Both the position numbers and the translations under genes were made by a program. DNA of 64,000 nt from NCBI GenBank assembly GCA_965247115.1, contig CBDFGR010000002.1:2016001-2080000 (forward strand), given 5' to 3'. A model generated the notes under the pieces. It was not told the DNA's origin, did not search any database, and was given only the letters and a program-made list of their open reading frames with translations. Positions 57,632-64,000 of this stretch are shown piece by piece (position 1 is the first letter of the stretch; the number at the start of each line of letters is the position of its first letter). The DNA is from Myxococcota bacterium (GTDB lineage Bacteria; Myxococcota_A; UBA9160; SZUA-336).

Positions 57632-57713
57632 CGAAGAGCGACGTGAAGCTCGGACTCATGATCGGGAGCGAGCACACTTCGCTGGAACTGAGGGGAGGAG
57701 GAACATCGTCGCC

Positions 57714-59753
57714 ATGGCCGAAGCCGCTAACGAGAAGGTGATCCGCACCAACTGCCCGCGCGACTGCTACGACGCCTGCGGGATCTGGGCGCGCACGCGG
57801 AACGGAGAGATCGTGAGCGTGCGCGGCGACCCGGAGCATCCTGTCAATCGAGGTTCCCTGTGCGGAAAGTGCTCCGTCGCCTACAACGGTGTGTGGCAGA
57901 GCGAAGAGGCTCGCCTGCTCCATCCGCTGCGCCGCAGTGGGGCCAAGGGCGAGGGTCGCTTTGAGCGGGTCTCCTGGGACGAAGCTCTCGGGGAGATCGC
58001 CGAGCGCCTCACCGAGGTCGTGGAGACGCGGGGCCCGAGCTCGATCCTCCACACGCACTACACAGGCACGCTCTCGCTACTCGCGTTCCAGTTCCCCATG
58101 CGCTTCTTTCATCGTCTCGGTGCGAGCGAGGTCGAGCCGGACTCGATCTGCAACTTGGCCGGTCACGTCGCCTGGAGGCTGCTCTTCGGGAACTCCGAGG
58201 TCGGTTTCGATCCCCGTACGGCGCAGGACGCCTCCTGCATTCTCGTCTGGGGCGCCAATCCATCGCACTCCGGACCGCACATCGACCGCCACTGGCTGGG
58301 GGAGTTCTCCGGTTCGATCGTGGTGGTCGATCCTATTCGTACTGAGACGGCGGAGCGCGCGGCACTCCACCTGCAGCCCTTCCCTGGCAGCGATGCGGCG
58401 TTGGCCTTTGGACTGCTCCACGTCCTCGAGCGCGACGGGCGCTTCGACGAGAGCTTCATCGAAGCGCACACGCTCGGAGCGGGCGACGTGCGGTCCCGAC
58501 TCGACGAGTGCACTCCGGCCTGGACCGAGCAGCAGACGGGCGTGCCCGCCGCTCAGATCGAAGAGGCGGCCCGCCTGTACGGTCGCGGTCCTTCGCTGCT
58601 GTGGGCGGGACAAGGCTTCCAGCGGCAGCGCGGCGGCGGGAACGCCATGCGCGCGGTCGGGCTCCTGCCGGCGCTGACCGGCAACATCGGCAAGCCGGGA
58701 GCCGGCTTCCTCTACCTGAACATCACCCCGGCGATCCTCGGTCTGGACTTCGGGTGGCTGGCCGGGGCGTCGCTCGCGCGAGAGAGGCCCGCCAGGGTGA
58801 GCCACATGGGCCTGGCAGCGCGCCTCGAGGACCCCTCCGAGTACCGCGCGCTCCTCTCGTGGAACACGAACCCGCTCGCCTCCGCAGCGGATCAGCGGCG
58901 CATGCGCCGGGCGCTGTCGCGCGAGGACCTGCTCAGCGTCGTCGTGGACTGCTTCCCGACAGACACCGCCGACTACGCGGACTACGTCCTCCCCGCCGCG
59001 AGCTTTCTCGAGTTCGACGACCTGACCTTCAGCTACATGAACCTGCTGATCGGAGCCCAGGCGAAGGCGCGGGAGCCCATGGGCGAGGCACTGCCCAACA
59101 TGGAGATCTTCCGAAGGCTGGCGCGGGCGATGGGCTACGAGGACGCCGCGCTCTTCGAGTCCGACGCGTCGATGCTCGATGCGATGGTCGCGCAGATGGG
59201 GCTCGACTTCGACTTTGCCGAGCTCAAGCGCCGCGGACATCACGTGTGCGGGGAGATGCCGCGGATCCTGCACGGGGACCTACGCTTCGAGACTCCGAGC
59301 GGGAAGATCGAGATCGTCTCCCAGCGTGCGGAGCGCAAAGGCCTGCCCTCGGCTCCCCAGCCGCGGACGGACGCGCGCCCGGAAGGGGGACGGCTCCAGC
59401 TGCTCTCACCCGCGTCGAAGTGGCGCCTCAATGACTCCTTTGCCAACGAGGAGAAGCTTCGCGACCAGGTGGGGCCGGCCAGCGTCATTCTCCATCCGGA
59501 GGACGCCGCCCGGCTCGGCATCGACTCGGGCATGCGGGTGCGGCTCCACAACGAGAGCGGCGCGCTGGAGCTCGAGGCGCGCATCGAGGCGGTGTCGCTG
59601 CCCGGCGTCGCCGTGGCCCACAAGGGTCGTTGGCCGAAGCTCGAGCGGAACGGGGCCAACGTGAATGTGCTCCACGCTGGACACGCCGCAGACATGGGCG
59701 AGAGCACTGCGGTACACAGCACAGAGGTCTGGGTGACCCCGGTTGCGGGGTAG
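57714..59753 (+). CDS. Molybdopterin (bis-MGD) oxidoreductase with N-terminal 4Fe-4S, no export signal
   Basis: CPRDCYDAC...GSLCGK, SWDEAL, SICNLAG, WGANP, TADYADYVLPA, LHPEDA. Confidence 0.9.
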   Translation: MAEAANEKVIRTNCPRDCYDACGIWARTRNGEIVSVRGDPEHPVNRGSLCGKCSVAYNGVWQSEEARLLHPLRRSGAKGEGRFERVSWDEALGEIAERLTEVVETRGPSSILHTHYTGTLSLLAFQFPMRFFHRLGASEVEPDSICNLAGHVAWRLLFGNSEVGFDPRTAQDASCILVWGANPSHSGPHIDRHWLGEFSGSIVVVDPIRTETAERAALHLQPFPGSDAALAFGLLHVLERDGRFDESFIEAHTLGAGDVRSRLDECTPAWTEQQTGVPAAQIEEAARLYGRGPSLLWAGQGFQRQRGGGNAMRAVGLLPALTGNIGKPGAGFLYLNITPAILGLDFGWLAGASLARERPARVSHMGLAARLEDPSEYRALLSWNTNPLASAADQRRMRRALSREDLLSVVVDCFPTDTADYADYVLPAASFLEFDDLTFSYMNLLIGAQAKAREPMGEALPNMEIFRRLARAMGYEDAALFESDASMLDAMVAQMGLDFDFAELKRRGHHVCGEMPRILHGDLRFETPSGKIEIVSQRAERKGLPSAPQPRTDARPEGGRLQLLSPASKWRLNDSFANEEKLRDQVGPASVILHPEDAARLGIDSGMRVRLHNESGALELEARIEAVSLPGVAVAHKGRWPKLERNGANVNVLHAGHAADMGESTAVHSTEVWVTPVAG

Positions 59754-59771
59754 GCGGACTGGGCGGCCCGC

Positions 59772-61100
59772 TCAGCCGAACAGGCGGTGCGCGGCGCGCT
59801 CGAGCTCAGGCCGGTGGTCAGGATGTGCGATCCCGATCAGCTCGCGCGCCCGTTCGCGCACACTCTTTCCCCACAGCCGGGCGACCCCGTGGTCGGTGAC
59901 GATCGTGTCGGCGAGCTCGCGCGGGATCGAGACGATCTGACCCGTCTCGAAGTGGGGAACGATCGCCGAGAGCTCCCCGCTGCGCGCGGTCGAGGGCAGG
60001 ACCGTGATCGAGCGGCCGGTCGGACACAACGCCGCGCCCATCACGAACGCGAGCTGCCCGCCGAGGCCCGTATACACGGTGGGTCCGATCCCGTAGACCC
60101 CGATCTGGCCGGTGAGATCGACCATCAGCGCGCCGTTGATCGCGGTCATGTTCTCGTTCTGGCAGATCACGCGCGGGTCGTTCGTGTAGTCGTACGAGCG
60201 CAGCTCGAAGGCCGGGTTGTCTTCGATGTAATCCAGGTCCTCGATTGAGTTCCCGACATGCGTGCTCACGCACTTGTTGGGATGCAGGCTCGCGTACTTG
60301 CCGTTGATGCGGCCCTGGCGCACCAGGTCAACCACGCCTCTCACGGTGAGCTCGCCGAAGTAGGACAGATCCTCGCCGCCGTCGAAGGCCCCGTGCTCCG
60401 CGAGCCACGCGGTATGCGAGCCGAGCCCGATCTGCAGGGTCGCGCGGTCCCGGATCAGGGGGCGCAGGTTCTCGGCAATCGCGCGATCCGCGGGCTCGGG
60501 ACCCTCGGGCGGCGGCAAATCCAGGCGCGGGCCGTGATTCTCGACGATGGCGTCGAGCTGCGAGACGTGCACCCAGGAATCTCCGCGCGTGCGCACCACC
60601 CCTTCGCTCACCTCCGCGATCACGAGACCGGCCCGCGGGCAGTTCGAGACGGAGTCCCAGACGGAGTTTCCGACGCAGAGCCAGCCCTCCTTCGTGGGCG
60701 GACTGACCTTGATCAAGAGCACGTCGATCGGCTGCACCTCGTCGCGCCCGGCGTCGATCGCCTTGTGCTGCTGGATCATGTGGAAGGGGTGGAAGTCGAT
60801 GATCTTGTCGGCCAGCGCGCGACGGCTCTCGGGGACAATCGCGTATTGCACCTGGATGTCGAAGTGCTTGCGCGCGTCTTCGGTGAACCAGCCGAAGTCC
60901 GGCAGGATCGTGCTGCGGATCTTCACGTTCTCTAGCTCGTCCATGCGTCCGAGCATGGCCGCGAGCACGGCTTCGGTGATGTGACTGCTCGGGATCCACA
61001 CCTGATCCCCGGAGCGGATCCGCTCCGCGGCCCGCTCCGCGCTCACGAGCTTGCGCTCGTATTCCGCCTTCGGGTCTGAGCTGAGCTCGAGCTGTGCCAT
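59772..61100 (-). CDS. Acetyl-CoA hydrolase / 4-hydroxybutyrate CoA-transferase family
   Basis: TLQIGLG, YTNDP, AINGALMVDLTGQ, GLGGQLAF, IVTDHGVA, IAHPDHR; AGGAGG RBS. Confidence 0.9.
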   Translation of the reverse strand: MAQLELSSDPKAEYERKLVSAERAAERIRSGDQVWIPSSHITEAVLAAMLGRMDELENVKIRSTILPDFGWFTEDARKHFDIQVQYAIVPESRRALADKIIDFHPFHMIQQHKAIDAGRDEVQPIDVLLIKVSPPTKEGWLCVGNSVWDSVSNCPRAGLVIAEVSEGVVRTRGDSWVHVSQLDAIVENHGPRLDLPPPEGPEPADRAIAENLRPLIRDRATLQIGLGSHTAWLAEHGAFDGGEDLSYFGELTVRGVVDLVRQGRINGKYASLHPNKCVSTHVGNSIEDLDYIEDNPAFELRSYDYTNDPRVICQNENMTAINGALMVDLTGQIGVYGIGPTVYTGLGGQLAFVMGAALCPTGRSITVLPSTARSGELSAIVPHFETGQIVSIPRELADTIVTDHGVARLWGKSVRERARELIGIAHPDHRPELERAAHRLFG

Positions 61101-61192
61101 ATGCCCTCCTGGCCTGAATCTGCCGCCCGCCGGATCAGAAGTCGAGCGGTAATTGTACGACACCGGATTGGGCGATCTGATACAACGGTGAG

Positions 61193-62356
61193 ATGTCTGG
61201 TCCCGCCGGAAATTTCCCGGGCCGCTTCTCGCTGATCACCGAGTCAGCGCTCGCCGCGCTCCGTCGCTTGATCGGCGTGCCGATCGCGGACACGCTGGAG
61301 CCCTGGTGCTCCGAGGTCACGCGAGACAACGTGCGGCACTACGCACACGGGATCGGCGACGACAATCCCCTGTGGTGCGATCCCGAATACGCCGCCCGCG
61401 GACCGTTCGGTCGCATCGCGGGTCCTCCGTCGTTCGTGTTCCCGACCAACCGAACCATCAGCGGCTATGTAGCCGGTCTTCCGGGGGTCCACGCGATGTG
61501 GGCCGGGTCGAGCTTCCGCTGGCACGCGCCTTTTCTCATCGGCCAACAGCTCCGGACCGAGGCCCACCTGAAGGACCTGGTCGAGCACGAGACCCGCTTC
61601 GCCGGGCGCTCGATCCAGCAGATCTACCACGTCGACGTCTTCGACCAGGCCGACGTGCTGCTCTGCGACGGCGAGAGCTGGTGCTTCCGGACAGAGCGCG
61701 ACACTGCCCGGGAGCAGGGTACGAAGTACGATGCGGTCAAGGCCCGCGAGCAGCAGCCATACACGCGCGAGGCGCTCGAGCGCGTCTGGGAGGTCTACGC
61801 TGGCGAAGCGCCGCGCGGGGGAGAGCTGCGCCGCTGGGAGGAAGTCGAGGTCGGCGACGCTCTTCCCGAGATGGCCAAGGGGCCGATGACGGTGACGGGC
61901 TTCATCGCCTTCGCGCAGGGCTGGGGCGGGCTCTACATCCGCGCCAACCGACTCGCCTACAAGCAGCTCCGGTCGCACCCGGCGCTCGGAATCGAGAACC
62001 ACCTGGGCATTCCGGACGTTCCCGAGCGCGTCCACTGGGAGAATGACATGGCGGAGCTGGTCGGGACACCCGCCGCCTACGACTACGGGCCGGAGCGCGC
62101 GTCCTGGCTCATGCACCACCTCAGCGACTGGATGGGCGACGCCGGCTTCCTCCGCGAGCACGGCTGTGAGATCCGCCGCCACAATCCCGTGGGCGACATC
62201 GTCTTCATCCGCGGCACGGTGACCGGCAAGCGCGTCGACTCCAGCGGCCGACATCTCGTCGAGGTGGCTCAGCGCGCGACGAACCAGCACGACGAGCTCT
62301 CCGCCACCGGAGTGGGTGTCGTCGAGCTGGTGGCACCGGGAGGGCTCGGCGGGTGA
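61193..62356 (+). CDS. Double hot-dog (FAS1/MaoC-like) dehydratase
   Basis: DNVRHYAHGIGDDNPLW, PGVHAMWAG, WEEVEVGD, YDYGPER. Confidence 0.85.
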   Translation: MSGPAGNFPGRFSLITESALAALRRLIGVPIADTLEPWCSEVTRDNVRHYAHGIGDDNPLWCDPEYAARGPFGRIAGPPSFVFPTNRTISGYVAGLPGVHAMWAGSSFRWHAPFLIGQQLRTEAHLKDLVEHETRFAGRSIQQIYHVDVFDQADVLLCDGESWCFRTERDTAREQGTKYDAVKAREQQPYTREALERVWEVYAGEAPRGGELRRWEEVEVGDALPEMAKGPMTVTGFIAFAQGWGGLYIRANRLAYKQLRSHPALGIENHLGIPDVPERVHWENDMAELVGTPAAYDYGPERASWLMHHLSDWMGDAGFLREHGCEIRRHNPVGDIVFIRGTVTGKRVDSSGRHLVEVAQRATNQHDELSATGVGVVELVAPGGLGG

Positions 62357-62412
62357 CGAAAGCTGCACCCGGGATGCGTGCGACATATACTGGGTCCGCT
62401 GGAGGTGAAGCG

Positions 62413-62847
62413 ATGAGTGCTACTGCATTGAGCGCGTCTGATGTGCGGATCGCCGGGGCGGAGGCGAGTGAGCTGCCCTGGGTCCAGGCAGAGGGCGTCC
62501 AGCTGAAGGTGCTGGCCGTCGACAAAGCGCGGAAGTCCGTCGAATTTCTGGTGAAGTATGAGCCGGGCTGGAATTCTGGTCTCCACCGCCACAACTGCGA
62601 GACCTATCTGTTCGTTGTGGAAGGGTCCGTGACGAACAAGACAACGGGGGTCGAGTTCGGTCCAGGGGATTTCTGCTACCAGCCGTACGGCGACGAGCAC
62701 GTCGAAGAGATGGGCCCGGAAGGGGCGGTCATCTTGGAGAGCCTGCGCGGCGACGACGCCGGCACGGTGATCGAGTACCTCGGCGAGAGCGGCACGGTTG
62801 TGGGGAAGGCCACGTTCGCGGACCTCGCGCAGCTCCTGGCCGAGTAG
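62413..62847 (+). CDS. Cupin domain protein
   Basis: LHRHNCETYLFVVEG and GDFCYQPYGDEH cupin motifs; GGAGG RBS. Confidence 0.8.
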   Translation: MSATALSASDVRIAGAEASELPWVQAEGVQLKVLAVDKARKSVEFLVKYEPGWNSGLHRHNCETYLFVVEGSVTNKTTGVEFGPGDFCYQPYGDEHVEEMGPEGAVILESLRGDDAGTVIEYLGESGTVVGKATFADLAQLLAE

Positions 62848-62896
62848 ACGGCCTGCCCGGAATCCAGGACGGGTCACCAGGAGCTCGCAGCGCTTT

Positions 62897-63361
62897 CTAG
62901 TCGGTGCGCTGTGGGAGCAGGACCGTGCGGCGAAAGGAGATCACCAGCTCACCCCGCTGGTTCCGGCCGCGGCTCTCGACGCGCACGATACCCTGGCCCT
63001 GCCGGCTGTGCGACTCTCGCTTCTCGAGCACCGTCGTCTCGGCGTAGAGCGTGTCGCCGGCAAAGGTGGGGGCGTGGTGGTCGATGTTCTCGTAAGCGAG
63101 GTTGGCGATGGCCTTGCCGCTGATGTCGGCGACCGTCAGACCCACGATCACGCTGAATACCAGCGGGCCCACCACAACGCGGCGGCCGAACTCTGTCTCC
63201 GCCGCGTAGGCCTCGTCGCTGTGCAGCGGATGCTGGTTCATCGTCAGCAGCGCAAACCAGCTGTTGTCGGTCTCGGTGATCGTGCGCCCGGGCCAGTGCT
63301 CGATCACGTCGCCCGGCTCGAACTCCTCGAAGTAGCGACCGAAGCTCTCGCGCGTCGCCAT
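62897..63361 (-). CDS. MaoC family dehydratase
   Basis: GRYFEEF, GRTITETDN, TMNQHPLHSD, PTFAGDTL, NQRGELV. Confidence 0.92.
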   Translation of the reverse strand: MATRESFGRYFEEFEPGDVIEHWPGRTITETDNSWFALLTMNQHPLHSDEAYAAETEFGRRVVVGPLVFSVIVGLTVADISGKAIANLAYENIDHHAPTFAGDTLYAETTVLEKRESHSRQGQGIVRVESRGRNQRGELVISFRRTVLLPQRTD

Positions 63362-64000
63362 TAGATGGCGTTCCTCTTCAGCAGCTGCTTGGCGATCACC
63401 GTCTTCTGGATCTCGTTGGTGCCCTCACCGATGATCAAGAGCGGCGCGTCCCGGAAATAGCGCTCGATCGGGAACTCGAGGGTGTAGCCGTAGGCCCCGT
63501 GGATGCGCATGGCTTCAAGGGCAGCGTCCATGGCGAGCTCCGTCGCGAAGAGCTTGGCCATCCCCGCCTCCATGTCGACCCGTTGACCCCGGTCCTTGGC
63601 CTGGGCTGCCGCGTAGGTGAGCATGCGAGCTGCTTCGAGGCGCGTCGCCATGTCCGCGAGCTTCTCCTGGATCAGCTGGTGCTCGGCGATCGGTACGCCG
63701 AAGGTCTTGCGCTCCTGCGCGTAGCGCAGGGAGGCCTCGAGGCAGGCCCGGGCGAGCCCGACCCCGCGCGCCGCGACGTTGATGCGTCCGGTTTCGAGCC
63801 CACTCATCACGTGCTTGAAGCCGCGGCCCTCCTCGCCTCCGATCAGGTTTCCGAGTGGTACCTCGAAGTCCTGGAAGATCAGCTCGCAGGTCTTGATGCC
63901 CTTGTAGCCGAGCTTGGGGATGTCGCGACTGATCTGGAAGCCGGGGTGGCCCTTCTCGATCACGAACAGGCTCATGCCGCGGTGGGGCGGATCCGCGGAC
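63361..64000 (-). CDS. Acyl-CoA dehydrogenase (5' truncated by window edge)
   Basis: KLGYKG, GRINVAA, YAQERKTFG, MAKLFA, IHGAYGY, IGEGTNEIQ. Confidence 0.93.
   Translation of the reverse strand, partial: SADPPHRGMSLFVIEKGHPGFQISRDIPKLGYKGIKTCELIFQDFEVPLGNLIGGEEGRGFKHVMSGLETGRINVAARGVGLARACLEASLRYAQERKTFGVPIAEHQLIQEKLADMATRLEAARMLTYAAAQAKDRGQRVDMEAGMAKLFATELAMDAALEAMRIHGAYGYTLEFPIERYFRDAPLLIIGEGTNEIQKTVIAKQLLKRNAI

Noticed and set aside
1..64000. tRNA, rRNA, integrase or IS elements
   Set aside because: None recognisable by eye in the short intergenic regions or the ORF track

Overview
GC-rich, gene-dense catabolic region of a Gram-negative (diderm) bacterium, with no rRNA, tRNA, CRISPR array or intact transposase visible. 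Bases 1-16.6 kb hold a tandem array of secreted PQQ-type quinoproteins: three cytochrome c-fused PVA-dehydrogenase-like genes and four glucose-dehydrogenase-like genes. They flank one small cytochrome c gene, and an (R)-amine-transaminase-like gene plus an MFS transporter sit inside the array. A fifth intact GDH-like copy and fragments of further copies lie at 38.5-42.4 kb. The paralogues are near-identical in the scaffold, mosaic, and vary mainly in a few loops, one carrying a conserved Cys-Cys pair. The middle encodes a Tat-exported IorAB-type molybdoenzyme directly upstream of a TTQ amine dehydrogenase cluster (mauB-mauA-cytochrome c-mauE-mauD) with no mauG and an Asn at a conserved active-site Asp. 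Next come a ferric-reductase-like/tetrahaem cytochrome pair, a class III aminotransferase-hydantoinase A/B-LLM operon, a class III aminotransferase/kinase/copper amine oxidase operon, and many other oxidoreductases. Many intergenic gaps are gene remnants (cytochrome c, MaoC, TonB-dependent receptor, HAD, HigB). All functional calls come from motif recognition by eye; no searches were run.
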